DNA of 64,000 bases. Source: an uncultured Gammaproteobacteria bacterium (lineage in GTDB: Bacteria > Patescibacteriota > Microgenomatia > CAYXHB01). Below the pieces are notes generated by a model. The model was not told the origin of the DNA and made no database searches. It was given only the letters and a program-made list of their open reading frames with translations. This document shows positions 20,336-31,079 of the stretch, in pieces. The stretch covers positions 13,087 to 77,086 of the forward strand of contig CAZLQM010000002.1 in the NCBI GenBank assembly GCA_964561945.1. Reading direction: 5' to 3'. Every line of letters starts with the position of its first letter. The first letter of the stretch is position 1. The position numbers and the translations under genes were made by a program.

Positions 20336-20785
20336 TTACCCCAATTCCTTATCAATTACTTTTCCAAAGTCAGCCAATGTCTCAAAAGCCAAATAAACAC
20401 TAGCAAACCTCAGCCAAGCCACTCTATCGATTTTTTTTAATCTTCGCAAGACTGATTTCCCAATCATTCTTGATGGCACTTCATTCAAACTACTTTTCAT
20501 CAACTCTCGCTCTACTCGATAAACCAACTCATCGATCTGATCACTATTAACAGGCCTCTTGCTACACGCTGCTCTGACTCCTTCAACTAACTTATTTCTA
20601 TCAAACTGTTCTCTTCTCCCATCTTTCTTAACTACTTGCAAAACTGGACCTTCTATCCGCTCATACGTTGTAAATCTTTTGTTGCACGCCAAGCAATCAC
20701 GTCGTCTGCGGATACAGTTCCCGCCTTCCGACATGCGCGACTCAAGTACTGTAGTTTGATCTCTATCACAAAAAGGACATCTCAT
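20336..20785 (-). CDS. nrdR: transcriptional repressor NrdR
   Basis: MRCPFCDRDQTTVLESR...CLACNKRFTTYERIE Zn-ribbon plus ATP-cone, immediately upstream of the nrdJ genes. Confidence 0.9.
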   Translation of the reverse strand: MRCPFCDRDQTTVLESRMSEGGNCIRRRRDCLACNKRFTTYERIEGPVLQVVKKDGRREQFDRNKLVEGVRAACSKRPVNSDQIDELVYRVERELMKSSLNEVPSRMIGKSVLRRLKKIDRVAWLRFASVYLAFETLADFGKVIDKELG

Positions 20786-20880
20786 AAAAATTGTTTAATT
20801 GTAAAAAATGCGTTGCCCTTTATGTATACATCCACTATCCATAGCGGTGTCAATATCCAATATCCACCAAATATAAAAAT

Positions 20881-21432
20881 TTACTCCCCTGTTTTACTTT
20901 CCCACATTTCCACCAATTCTTGTTGAGCTACCAATCTACCTCTCAAATCATCTGGCACTACTTTTTCCAAGATTGATATCACTTTTAAATATTCTTCTAC
21001 ACTCCACACTAACTCCATTTTCCACTGACCCTCAATCAATCCTCCTTTATCTCGCGCTCGATGCAAATACATCACCGATCTCTCAACACTAGCAACTGAT
21101 TCAGCTGGCAAACCCAATGACATCAAGTCCAAACCATACTTCAACCTCGACTGACCAATCTTCAACAGCCTCCTAGCCTGCTCGTGCTCACCACTCGTAC
21201 TTCGCCACCACCACCATTCACTCGCCGTTGACAAATAATATCCAGCCCCACCCCACTTAACCCGAGGAAACAAATCATCTTCACTCTCCATCGCAATAGA
21301 TCCATTCATCACTCCGCCAGTCTTAGGAACCACCATCAACAAATGCAACTTCCACAACGTCACCCCCAAAACCAAAAATCCCATCCCTAACCAAACCACT
21401 CCCCAAATACTCCACGTAATCTTTCTGTCCAT
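20881..21432 (-). CDS. hypothetical membrane protein
   Basis: N-terminal TM segments, no motifs. Confidence 0.35.
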   Translation of the reverse strand: MDRKITWSIWGVVWLGMGFLVLGVTLWKLHLLMVVPKTGGVMNGSIAMESEDDLFPRVKWGGAGYYLSTASEWWWWRSTSGEHEQARRLLKIGQSRLKYGLDLMSLGLPAESVASVERSVMYLHRARDKGGLIEGQWKMELVWSVEEYLKVISILEKVVPDDLRGRLVAQQELVEMWESKTGE

Positions 21433-21472
21433 TCTTGTTCAGTATATCATTCCAAACCTGTACAATATAACC

Positions 21473-23773
21473 ATGATTCCCAAATCACAAGCATCCAAAA
21501 TTAAATCCCTCAAACACAAATTTACCAAACGAAAATATCAAATAATTATCACAATTATTTTGTTACTTATTATTGGTCTTTTAGCCCTCTATCTCTTAAT
21601 CCTAAGAGAGCTTCCCTCCCCTCGCAATCTTACTAACTCTCCTTTTGCTGTCTCCACCAAAATATACGATCGCAACGACAAACTTCTCTACGAAATCTTC
21701 GCTGACCAAAATCGTACTCCCATTGCTCTGGATCAAATTCCCACCTATGTCAAACAAGCCACCATCGCCATTGAAGATCGTGATTTTTACAAGCATCAAG
21801 GCTTCGCCCTTACAGGCATTGGTCGAGCCATCATTAACAATACACTCTATCTCTTCTGTCAATTACCCCTTACCGACTGCCAAATCAACCTTCAAGGAGG
21901 CTCAACCATCACCCAACAATTAGTCAAAAACGCACTTCTCACTCCCGAACAAACCCTCCAACGCAAAATTAGAGAATTAGTTCTTACTTTCTTTGTCGAA
22001 CTTCTCTATTCCAAAGACCAAATCCTTGAAATGTATCTTAACCAAATCCCCTATGGTGGCACTTCTTACGGTCTTGAAGCAGCTAGCCAAACTTACTTTG
22101 GTATCAAAGCCCAAGATCTCACCCTCGCCCAAAGTGCCATCCTCGCTGGTCTCCCAGTAGCCCCAACTCGGTACTCACCTTTCGGATCAAATCCCGAAAA
22201 ATACAAAGAACGCCAACAAGCAGTTTTACGTCGCATGGTAGAAGACAACTACATAACCGAAGATCAATCCCAAGCAGCTCTCAACGAACCTATTAATTTT
22301 GCCAACCCTTCCAATCTTATTCACGCTCCGCACTTCGTCCTCTGGGTCAAGGAACTTCTCGTCGACCAATATGGTTCCAAAAAAGTTGAAACAGGCGGTC
22401 TTAGAGTCAAAACCAGTCTTGATCTAGATCTCCAAGATATCACCCAAGCCAGCTTATCTGCTGAAATTAATACACTTCAAAAATCCAATGTCTCCAACGG
22501 AGCCGCCTTGATAACCAATCCACTAACCGGCGAAATTCTCACCATGATCGGTTCAACCGATTACTACAACAACCAAATCAGTGGCAAATTCAACGTTCCT
22601 CTAAGTTATCGTCAACCAGGCTCCAGTATCAAACCACTCAACTACACCCTAGCATTTTATCAACACAATCTCAGCCCAGGTAGCATTATTTCTGATTTAC
22701 CCACCTGCTTCCAAGAACCACCACTACCCAGTTACTGTCCCCAAAACTACGATGGATCTTTCCACGGAGCAGTCTCTATCCGCAAAGCACTTGCCAATTC
22801 ATATAACATCCCCGCAGTAGAATTACTTGCCCTCAACGGAGTCACCAACTTCATAGATTTTTCACACAAAATGGGAATCACGGGCTGGGACGACCCTAGC
22901 CAATACGGATTATCCCTAACTCTAGGAGGAGGCGAAGTCCGCATGATTGATATGGCCGTGGCATACGGCACTCTCGCCAACCTAGGGGTCAAAGTCCCTC
23001 TCCATCCAATTCTCGAAATTAGCGACTACCAAAACCAAACTCTCTACCAACTCAATTGCCAACCTCCCACCATTGAATCCCTTGTCAAAGAAAGTAGTGA
23101 ATCCCAATTCTCATCTGGATGTCAAGCCACCCGCGTCCTTCCTCCAGGCCCTCCTTATCTAACCACCCACATTCTCACTGACCAAAACGCTCGCGCTACT
23201 ACATTTGGATCAACTCTCAACATTCCAGGGCGACCAGACGTGGCTGTCAAAACCGGCACCACCAACAAGCTTCATGACAACTGGACCATTGGTTATACAC
23301 ATACTCGACTTACCGCCGTTTGGGTTGGCAATAACGACAACACCGCCATGTCACGTATAGCCTCAGGTATTACAGGCGCAGCTCCCATCTGGCGCGATCT
23401 TATGAAGCAGGCTTTAATCGATCAACCTCGCATACAACTCAATCCTCCCGAAGGTATCCTTGGCACCCAAATCTGTTCTCTGACTGGCATGCTGCCCGTT
23501 GATAACTGCCCTACTTCTTTCGACCTCTTCCCCAAAGATGGTCTACCTACTACTGCCAATCCCATCACCCGCCAATGGCCAATCGACACCACCACACAGA
23601 GTCCATCCAAACCCAACACCCCAATCGAACAAGTCCAAATGATAGATAAACAAATAGTCTTTGATATCTTGGGCAATCCGATCTGCATTGATTGTGAACT
23701 CAAAAATCAATCCCAATACATCAGATATCCCATTCTAACTCCCACACCCATAGAAAAAAACATCTTCAACTAG
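21473..23773 (+). CDS. class A penicillin-binding protein (bifunctional glycosyltransferase/transpeptidase, PBP1A-like)
   Basis: GT51 motifs AIEDRDFYKHQGF and GGSTITQQL. Transpeptidase SxxK RQPGSSIKP, SYN (KALANSYN) and KTGTT. Confidence 0.9.
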   Translation: MIPKSQASKIKSLKHKFTKRKYQIIITIILLLIIGLLALYLLILRELPSPRNLTNSPFAVSTKIYDRNDKLLYEIFADQNRTPIALDQIPTYVKQATIAIEDRDFYKHQGFALTGIGRAIINNTLYLFCQLPLTDCQINLQGGSTITQQLVKNALLTPEQTLQRKIRELVLTFFVELLYSKDQILEMYLNQIPYGGTSYGLEAASQTYFGIKAQDLTLAQSAILAGLPVAPTRYSPFGSNPEKYKERQQAVLRRMVEDNYITEDQSQAALNEPINFANPSNLIHAPHFVLWVKELLVDQYGSKKVETGGLRVKTSLDLDLQDITQASLSAEINTLQKSNVSNGAALITNPLTGEILTMIGSTDYYNNQISGKFNVPLSYRQPGSSIKPLNYTLAFYQHNLSPGSIISDLPTCFQEPPLPSYCPQNYDGSFHGAVSIRKALANSYNIPAVELLALNGVTNFIDFSHKMGITGWDDPSQYGLSLTLGGGEVRMIDMAVAYGTLANLGVKVPLHPILEISDYQNQTLYQLNCQPPTIESLVKESSESQFSSGCQATRVLPPGPPYLTTHILTDQNARATTFGSTLNIPGRPDVAVKTGTTNKLHDNWTIGYTHTRLTAVWVGNNDNTAMSRIASGITGAAPIWRDLMKQALIDQPRIQLNPPEGILGTQICSLTGMLPVDNCPTSFDLFPKDGLPTTANPITRQWPIDTTTQSPSKPNTPIEQVQMIDKQIVFDILGNPICIDCELKNQSQYIRYPILTPTPIEKNIFN

Positions 23774-23785
23774 TACCATTAACCT

Positions 23786-24466
23786 ATGCCCAAGCCCCAA
23801 TCTCATAGATTTCCCTTTCGTAGCTTCATTACCACGATTAGTATTATTATCACTCTTGCGACTATCTACGCCTTTGCTCCTTTCATTCCTCAATCGATTA
23901 TCACTCCAAACCCCTCCATCAATCTTCCCTACCTCAACACTCAACCCCAAAACATATCCATTCAACTCCCCACCCGCACCCTTAATCCATATACCACACA
24001 ACAAGATCCGCTTGATGACAGATTGTCATCCCATCTCCTCAGTCCTCAAGATCAAGATCTTTTCCTCATTCAATTCAAACAACCTGTCTCCCTTACCAAC
24101 CTTTCTGTCCTTGCTTATTTTCCAACTAACACATACCTCATTAAATCCAACCTAAATCAAATCAAAAAACTTGCCCAAAACCCATTAACAAATTTCATCA
24201 ATTACTATGCACCCGAATATAAACTTTCCGATCAACTCATCACCAATCTTCCCATCCAAAACTCTCAAAAAACTATCAATTTAACTATCACCCTTGATCC
24301 TGCTCAAAATCAAGATAATTTATTTCAACAAATCATATCCATCGATCCCCAAGCCATAATCCAACCCAACTCTAATTCACCCTTGCTTTCTACTTTTCAA
24401 ATTCAAATTAAAGAATCCAGTATTATCAATATTGCTCGTCTTCCCCAAATCATCCTAATTCAATAA
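23786..24466 (+). CDS. hypothetical Q/P/N-rich secreted protein (doubtful)
   Basis: Low-complexity composition driven by strand bias. N-terminal hydrophobic segment. Confidence 0.25.
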   Translation: MPKPQSHRFPFRSFITTISIIITLATIYAFAPFIPQSIITPNPSINLPYLNTQPQNISIQLPTRTLNPYTTQQDPLDDRLSSHLLSPQDQDLFLIQFKQPVSLTNLSVLAYFPTNTYLIKSNLNQIKKLAQNPLTNFINYYAPEYKLSDQLITNLPIQNSQKTINLTITLDPAQNQDNLFQQIISIDPQAIIQPNSNSPLLSTFQIQIKESSIINIARLPQIILIQ

Positions 24467-24506
24467 TCAATCCTAATTTGAATATATAAACTATAATTCA
24501 TATTAG

Positions 24507-25688
24507 ATGTCCAAATCCAAACTCTCTTTAACAATCTTTTTATTAAGTCTAGCAATCATTATTGTCTCTTTAATTCTCAAAACCAAAATTTCCAATTCCA
24601 CCCAATTCACCTCACCCATTGGCACCCCCGTCGAAATAACTCCTCAAGGCAAATCCAACTACCAAGTTATCGGATTCCTCCCTTATTGGCAATTATCCGC
24701 CATTCCCTATATTCAAACTTCTCTCCTTACTCAACTAGCATATTTTGGAATTAACATTGACGATAATGGTCAAGTACAAACAAATCTTGACGACAAAACC
24801 AAAGAACTCGGCCTTCATCGCATTTCCAATGATCAAATCACAAAGGTGCTCGACAAACAACACACCACTAATGGCCAAAATACACTAGTAATCCGAGCCA
24901 TGTCCACCCCAAGTATTGTCTCAGCAATTGAAAACCAAAACACCCTTATTCCCGAGCTAATAAATATCAAAAACAAATATAATTTTGACGGCTTCAACAT
25001 AGATTTCGAACCCACTACCCAAACAGATCCCGAACTGGCAACTCAGGTTACCAACTTTGTCACTAAACTCAAACAAACCTGCCAATGCCCAATGTCGATA
25101 GATATCTACGCCTCTGCAGCTATCCAACCTCGAATCTGGCAACTCACCCCTCTTAGTAAAATAGTCGATTACATCATTGTCATGGGCTATGATTTCTACA
25201 GATCCAACTCCCCCCAATCAGGCCCTAATGCCCCTATCTACGGTAGTCCCGAACTCTGGAAATATGACCTTAACTCAACCCTCAACTCTATCTACACTCA
25301 AGTTCCACCCAAAAAAATTATTCTAGCCATACCTTGGTATGGTTACCAATGGCAAACTCTTAGCAATCAACCCAAATCAACAACCTTGGCCAACACAGGT
25401 ACCATGATTACATACTCAAACGTCCAAAAAACTATCCTTAACTGTCAATCCCTAACTTATAAAAACTGTCAAACAGGATACGATCCTGACGCACTAAGCC
25501 CATTTATCATTTACCAAGATAACAATCAATGGCATCAGCTTTGGTATGACGACACCCAATCCTTAGCCCACAAATATCAACTAGTCCAAGACCGTGAACT
25601 TGGAGGCATTGCCATCTGGGCATTAGGCTACGAAACACCTCATCTCGAACTTTGGCAACAAATCGATAACACCTTCTTCACTCAATAG
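24507..25688 (+). CDS. glycoside hydrolase family 18-like protein (chitinase/peptidoglycan hydrolase-like)
   Basis: N-terminal TM and FDGFNIDFEP (GH18 DGxDxDxE catalytic motif). Confidence 0.7.
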   Translation: MSKSKLSLTIFLLSLAIIIVSLILKTKISNSTQFTSPIGTPVEITPQGKSNYQVIGFLPYWQLSAIPYIQTSLLTQLAYFGINIDDNGQVQTNLDDKTKELGLHRISNDQITKVLDKQHTTNGQNTLVIRAMSTPSIVSAIENQNTLIPELINIKNKYNFDGFNIDFEPTTQTDPELATQVTNFVTKLKQTCQCPMSIDIYASAAIQPRIWQLTPLSKIVDYIIVMGYDFYRSNSPQSGPNAPIYGSPELWKYDLNSTLNSIYTQVPPKKIILAIPWYGYQWQTLSNQPKSTTLANTGTMITYSNVQKTILNCQSLTYKNCQTGYDPDALSPFIIYQDNNQWHQLWYDDTQSLAHKYQLVQDRELGGIAIWALGYETPHLELWQQIDNTFFTQ

Positions 25689-25783
25689 AACTCGTTATAC
25701 TTCCCACTTCCCCCTCCCAAATTCTAATGCTAGTATGATTCAAATTTTAAAAATTAATATTAAATTTCGGACAGCTAAGCACA

Positions 25784-27988
25784 ATGCCTGCCACAAAAAT
25801 AATCCTCCTATGCAAATTTATCTTCGCTCATATCGGTCGTCCATTTTTATATCTATTTGTATTAATCCTTAAATCCATATTCCACACCCTTCACTGGTTA
25901 ACTCACTCTTCCCTACCCTTTTTACTACTCAAACTTTCTCTTATTTTCATTATTATATTAAGCTCATTATCTCTAGCCAGTTTAACTTTTATTTATTTTT
26001 CACTACTCAAAGATCTCCCTCCACCTCAAGCACTTTCCTCTCTCAACCCACCGCAAACTAGCCAGATCCTCGATCGCAATGGACAACTCCTTTATCGACT
26101 TTATCAAGACCAAAATCGCACTTCAATTCATATAAATGAATTACCCAGTTACGTCATCAACGCTCACCTATCTATCGAAGATGCCAAATTCTATAGTCAC
26201 CCAGGCATCAGTGCTAGCGATATCACTCGTGCACTTCTCAACAATCTTGATCGTCGTCTTTGCAAAATTATTAACACACCTTGCCCCTCCACTCTCCAAG
26301 GAGCTTCCACTATTACCCAACAACTTATCAAAAACGTCTTCCTTTCTCCAGAACAATCCTATAAACGCAAACTCCAAGAAGCATATCTTGCGCTCAAAGC
26401 CGAAACCTACTATTCCAAACAACAAATCCTCGAACTATATCTTAACCAAATCTCTTACGGAGGCACCGCCTACGGTATCGAAGCTGCCAGCCAAACATAC
26501 TTTGGCATCAGCTCCCGCAATCTTAATCTTGCTCAAGCAGCCCTCCTTGCCGGTCTGCCCGCAGCTCCGACTGCCTATTCTCCTTTTGGATCAGATCCCC
26601 AAAAATCATTTACTCGCCAAAAACAAGTTCTTCTCCGTATGCTAGAAGAAAACTACATAACCCAATCTCAATACCAATCAGCTCTCAACCAGCCTATCAC
26701 TTTTATTCCCCCAAAAACTGATATTCTCGCTCCCCATTTCGTCATGTACGCTCGTGAACAACTCGAAAAAAACCTTACCAACCAAATCCTCTACCAAGGA
26801 GGAATTAACATCACCACCTCACTTGACTACAACCTCCAACAAAAAGCCCAACAAGCAATCGACACCGAACTGGCTAAACTCAAGAAACTCAACGTCACCA
26901 ATGCAGCTCTTCTTATCACCAAACCCAAGACAGGAGAAATCCTTGCTATGGTTGGCTCCGCTGATTATTTTGATACCGCCAACCAAGGTAATGTCAACGC
27001 CACCCTCAGACCACGCCAACCAGGATCAAGTATCAAACCCCTAACTTATGCTACCGCTCTAGAACTATCACTTACCCAAACTAATCCCCAATTCACCCCA
27101 GCTACCATAATCGATGATGCTCCAGTTGTTTTCAAAATTCCCGGCAGCCACGATTATCGTCCTCAGAACTACGACGGGCGCTTCCACGGACGCGTCACCC
27201 TCCGCACAGCCTTAGCTTCTTCATATAACATCCCTGCGGTCAAAATTCTCAACTCTATCGGTCTTAACAATCTCATCCAAAAAGCTCAAGAACTTGGCAT
27301 CACCACCTGGGACGACTCTTCACGATTTGGACTCTCCCTCACCCTAGGTGCAGGGGAAGTCACCATGGCCGACATGGCAGTAGCTTATGGAACATTTGCC
27401 AATCTCGGCTACCGCCACAATCTCACTCCCATACTTGATATTACCTCTACCAACGACGAACTCACCTATCCCCACCCTTCAAGATTTCCCTTTACCCAAG
27501 AACCCAAACTCGATCCCCGCGTTAGTTATCTCATCAATAGCATTCTCAGCGACCCTATCGCTCGAGCCCCAACCTTTGGAACTCATTCTAAGCTAAACAT
27601 CCCTAACCATATTGTCGCAGTCAAAACTGGTACCTCCAACGACCTTCGTGACAACTGGACCATTGGTTACACACCTGATTTCCTAGTCGCAGTCTGGGTG
27701 GGCAACTTCAACAACTCTCCCATGTCGCGCATCGCTTCAGGCATCACAGGCGCCACCCCAATCTGGAACCAAATGATGACCTATATGCTTAATGAATATC
27801 AACCCAACAATCTAGCCAATGGCTGGGAACAACCAGCAGGCTTAATCAAAACAGCCTCCTGTCATCTCAACTCCGATCAAGTATGCACCTGCACCAAGCC
27901 CGACTTCTTCATCGAAAGTACCAACCCCAAAATCCATACCTGCACACCCAATACCGCCACCTTCTCGACTCAACCCAACCAAACATGA
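25784..27988 (+). CDS. class A penicillin-binding protein, second paralog
   Basis: SIEDAKFYSHPGI, GASTITQQL, RQPGSSIKP, ALASSYN and KTGTS. Confidence 0.9.
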   Translation: MPATKIILLCKFIFAHIGRPFLYLFVLILKSIFHTLHWLTHSSLPFLLLKLSLIFIIILSSLSLASLTFIYFSLLKDLPPPQALSSLNPPQTSQILDRNGQLLYRLYQDQNRTSIHINELPSYVINAHLSIEDAKFYSHPGISASDITRALLNNLDRRLCKIINTPCPSTLQGASTITQQLIKNVFLSPEQSYKRKLQEAYLALKAETYYSKQQILELYLNQISYGGTAYGIEAASQTYFGISSRNLNLAQAALLAGLPAAPTAYSPFGSDPQKSFTRQKQVLLRMLEENYITQSQYQSALNQPITFIPPKTDILAPHFVMYAREQLEKNLTNQILYQGGINITTSLDYNLQQKAQQAIDTELAKLKKLNVTNAALLITKPKTGEILAMVGSADYFDTANQGNVNATLRPRQPGSSIKPLTYATALELSLTQTNPQFTPATIIDDAPVVFKIPGSHDYRPQNYDGRFHGRVTLRTALASSYNIPAVKILNSIGLNNLIQKAQELGITTWDDSSRFGLSLTLGAGEVTMADMAVAYGTFANLGYRHNLTPILDITSTNDELTYPHPSRFPFTQEPKLDPRVSYLINSILSDPIARAPTFGTHSKLNIPNHIVAVKTGTSNDLRDNWTIGYTPDFLVAVWVGNFNNSPMSRIASGITGATPIWNQMMTYMLNEYQPNNLANGWEQPAGLIKTASCHLNSDQVCTCTKPDFFIESTNPKIHTCTPNTATFSTQPNQT

Positions 27989-28000
27989 TACAAATTACAT

Positions 28001-28222
28001 ATGTCCAATCTCTCCCCGCAACTTGAGCAAGCCCTCTCCCAAGCCAAACAAAAAGGTCTCATTTCTCACACCAAGGCCCAAGGTGTCGGCTTCACTTCTC
28101 ACTCCCAACCCAATGAACCAAACGAACCTATCAACCAAACTTTATCAGGCATAATTACCACCTTAATCATCACTCTTTTTATCATAATTTTCATCGCCAT
28201 CGCTATCTACCTGTTTAACTAA
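28001..28222 (+). CDS. small membrane protein
   Basis: 73 aa with a C-terminal TM helix. Confidence 0.3.
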   Translation: MSNLSPQLEQALSQAKQKGLISHTKAQGVGFTSHSQPNEPNEPINQTLSGIITTLIITLFIIIFIAIAIYLFN

Positions 28223-28346
28223 ATATCCACAAACCCAGACTCATCAACACCGTTCCCAACATCACCACTAATAACACCACCCTCTCCTGATTATTTTCCA
28301 CTTTTTTCTTAACTACCTTCTTATTTTTACTCATACAAATTATCAC

Positions 28347-28973
28347 CTAAACCATAAACGCAGCCTCTTCCTCATCATCTTTCCAATTACGCTCCACATC
28401 TCTCATTCGATTCTCATAACGACCAATTGCATTCACAACTTCCTCAGGGCTAGTTACAATTTCAAAAATATCCACAGAGCCTTTTTGAATCTTCATATTT
28501 TTAACCAAAACCTCAACTATCTCTCTCCAAAAATCTCCGTACAACACAAATCCTTTATGTCTCCCTTTATATAACCACGCCAACAGCCACACTGTAGCAA
28601 ACTCCGACAAAGTCCCCGTTCCTCCATTCATCACCACAAAAAAATCACTCTCTGCAATCAACGTAAACATTCGCTCAATATAATTATGCGTCTCAATTTC
28701 TCGATCAGGTCTATTCCCCAAATATTTATCCTCGAAATTAGGTGCGTACCTTGGCTCTAGCGTCACAGTCAACGTATCCCCACTTACAGACTCGGCCCCC
28801 ATCGTGGCCGCCTCCATAACTCCAGGCCCACCGCCGTTAACCACGATATAGCCTTTCTCTGCTAATTTCTTGGCAACACCAAACGTATCCTTATACAAGT
28901 CCTCATCTTTAGGAGCTCCCGCATGCCCAAATATCGCCACCGACTTAACTTGCCTATCAACCATAATATTCAA
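28347..28973 (-). CDS. LOG-family protein (TIGR00730, cytokinin riboside 5'-monophosphate phosphoribohydrolase-like)
   Basis: VVNGGGPGVMEAA and VVMNGGTGTLSEF motifs. Confidence 0.8.
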   Translation of the reverse strand: MNIMVDRQVKSVAIFGHAGAPKDEDLYKDTFGVAKKLAEKGYIVVNGGGPGVMEAATMGAESVSGDTLTVTLEPRYAPNFEDKYLGNRPDREIETHNYIERMFTLIAESDFFVVMNGGTGTLSEFATVWLLAWLYKGRHKGFVLYGDFWREIVEVLVKNMKIQKGSVDIFEIVTSPEEVVNAIGRYENRMRDVERNWKDDEEEAAFMV

Positions 28974-29033
28974 TATATCACATTCACTCTTTACTTAAAT
29001 ACAAAATAATTCTTACTCAAATTATCAAACATC

Positions 29034-29636
29034 TTACTTATCGTACTCACCATTCCAAAAAGCACTATTTATCACCACGCTGTCTACCCCTTTTTTCTCT
29101 AGTTCCTCCATTATCTTAACTGTCACTCCACCATCCACTTCAATCACAAATCCATATCCTCGCAATTCTCGCAACTCTATCAAATCTCTAATCTTATCCT
29201 CCACCCTAGATTCAAATTTCTGTCCGCTTTTGCCCGCCTTAACTCCCATGACAAGAATCCTATCTACCCAAATAAGAACTTCACTATCTATCTCGTCTAT
29301 CTTTGTCTCCAAATCTATTCCTAACCCTGCCTCCATTTGCATCTCTTGAGCCTTTTCTACGAATTGTGCTTGATTGCTCATTTTTTCAATCTGCCCAATC
29401 ACGCGGATAACTCCTGCTTCCGCACATTCCTCAATCCAATCAATTGGTCCATTCACCATCAGATGACATTCCCAATCACTTCCCAATTTTATTTCCCTTG
29501 GTCTTATGGTTTTATTCTCATCAAACACTCCATCAATCACATCCAAATGACCACCCATTTTCTTGCTTTCAATAATACCCACCTGCTCATTACCCTTGGG
29601 AATTTCATCAGTTAAAACACTTACTCTTACTTTCAT
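29034..29636 (-). CDS. rpe: ribulose-phosphate 3-epimerase
   Basis: HLDVIDGVF, CHLMV, ILVMGVKAGKSGQKF and IEVDGGV motifs. Confidence 0.7.
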   Translation of the reverse strand: MKVRVSVLTDEIPKGNEQVGIIESKKMGGHLDVIDGVFDENKTIRPREIKLGSDWECHLMVNGPIDWIEECAEAGVIRVIGQIEKMSNQAQFVEKAQEMQMEAGLGIDLETKIDEIDSEVLIWVDRILVMGVKAGKSGQKFESRVEDKIRDLIELRELRGYGFVIEVDGGVTVKIMEELEKKGVDSVVINSAFWNGEYDK

Positions 29637-29919
29637 GCTTACATGCTATCACACTCCAAAAATAACGAACACTTCTTATCCAAATATTACATAAGTATCA
29701 TCCACTTCTAACTTTCATTCTATATATTTACAACAATGACAAATCTAGCTAAATCTCTTGATTACTCCAGATCTACCATGATCTGGATTATAAATTTACT
29801 CCTTATCCTATCTTTTGTTTTTCTATTCATCGCCTACAAAGTTCCCCTACTTCACGCATCTACCAATTCTTCTGCCCAAATCAATCTCCAACAACCCAAT
29901 CAAAGCCTCCTCAAGCCAA

Positions 29920-30669
29920 CTACTTTATCTCATAATTAATATTCACAATTACTTTTATCTCAGAAGTTCCAGTTTGTAACTCAGTTGAAGCCATTCCATC
30001 ATTAGCCTTCATTGATTCAAGTCCATACGCCGTCGGTCTAACTGGCGCATTTAAATCTTCGCTATACCCAATAATCCTACCTAATCCAAACCCAGCCACT
30101 TTAGCCACGTTCTCGGCTTTCACCTTAGCCTGTTCCACAGCTTCCTTCCGAGCTTCCTCCTCCAATTTGTCCTTATCCTCAACATCAAATACCACCCCTC
30201 CTACAGTATTTGCGCCATTGGCTGTCGACACATCAATTACTTGATTCACTAACTCAATATTCTTAATTTTAATTTTAAGATTGCTACTCGCACTATAACC
30301 TGTAATCTTTTGTAATCCATTATTCCAATCATAATTAGGATTAATACTATAATTAATTGTCTTTACATCTTTATCCGTATCAATCTCAATTTTGTCCAGA
30401 GCTTCAGTTATTCGACTTGTTACTTGATTTATCTCAGTTTGAGCTTGCTTTACCGTTGCACCCGTACTATTTACTCCAACCGTAACATATGCCATATCAG
30501 GCTTAACCGCCACGCTTCCTTCCCCCGTGACGCTAAACACATCGCTATTATTTGTCACACTACTAACCACAGACAAAGGCAAACCACCTGCCATTTTCGT
30601 ATACACGAATAATGCTAGGAAAAAAAACACAATTATCCCCAAAATAGTTGCCAATCCTTCTATCTTCAT
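29920..30669 (-). CDS. SIMPL/DUF541 domain protein
   Basis: Signal/TM, then SVTGEGSVAVKPDMAYVTVGV...AQTEINQV pattern. Confidence 0.7.
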   Translation of the reverse strand: MKIEGLATILGIIVFFFLALFVYTKMAGGLPLSVVSSVTNNSDVFSVTGEGSVAVKPDMAYVTVGVNSTGATVKQAQTEINQVTSRITEALDKIEIDTDKDVKTINYSINPNYDWNNGLQKITGYSASSNLKIKIKNIELVNQVIDVSTANGANTVGGVVFDVEDKDKLEEEARKEAVEQAKVKAENVAKVAGFGLGRIIGYSEDLNAPVRPTAYGLESMKANDGMASTELQTGTSEIKVIVNINYEIK

Positions 30670-30725
30670 TCTCTAATCATACCAAATAATTCAATTCTCT
30701 CAACAATTAGTCGTAGAATGTATTT

Positions 30726-31079
30726 ATGGATCCAATTCCCCAGCCCACTTATCCGGTTTGTCCAACTTGCCATGTCCCCTTACGTCCAACCGATTATTTT
30801 TGTTACAACTGCGGTGCCAACATCCACCCATCTCCACCTTCAACCTCAGCATCAACCCAAATTGTCCTCTATCTCAAATCCGCCCTTCTTCCTCCTTTGG
30901 GAATTTTTTCCGGACTCAGATACTTACGTCAATCCGATTCCAAATCACACTACGTTGGCATTACAGCCATTTTAATCACCCTTGCCTCAATTGTCCTTGC
31001 AATCGTCCTCACCGCTAAATTATTCAATGAAATTAACCGCCAAGTTAACGAACAAATGAATGCTATCGGAAGTTTCTAA
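30726..31079 (+). CDS. zinc-ribbon domain membrane protein
   Basis: CPTCHVPL...CYNCGANI then a C-terminal TM. Confidence 0.4.
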   Translation: MDPIPQPTYPVCPTCHVPLRPTDYFCYNCGANIHPSPPSTSASTQIVLYLKSALLPPLGIFSGLRYLRQSDSKSHYVGITAILITLASIVLAIVLTAKLFNEINRQVNEQMNAIGSF

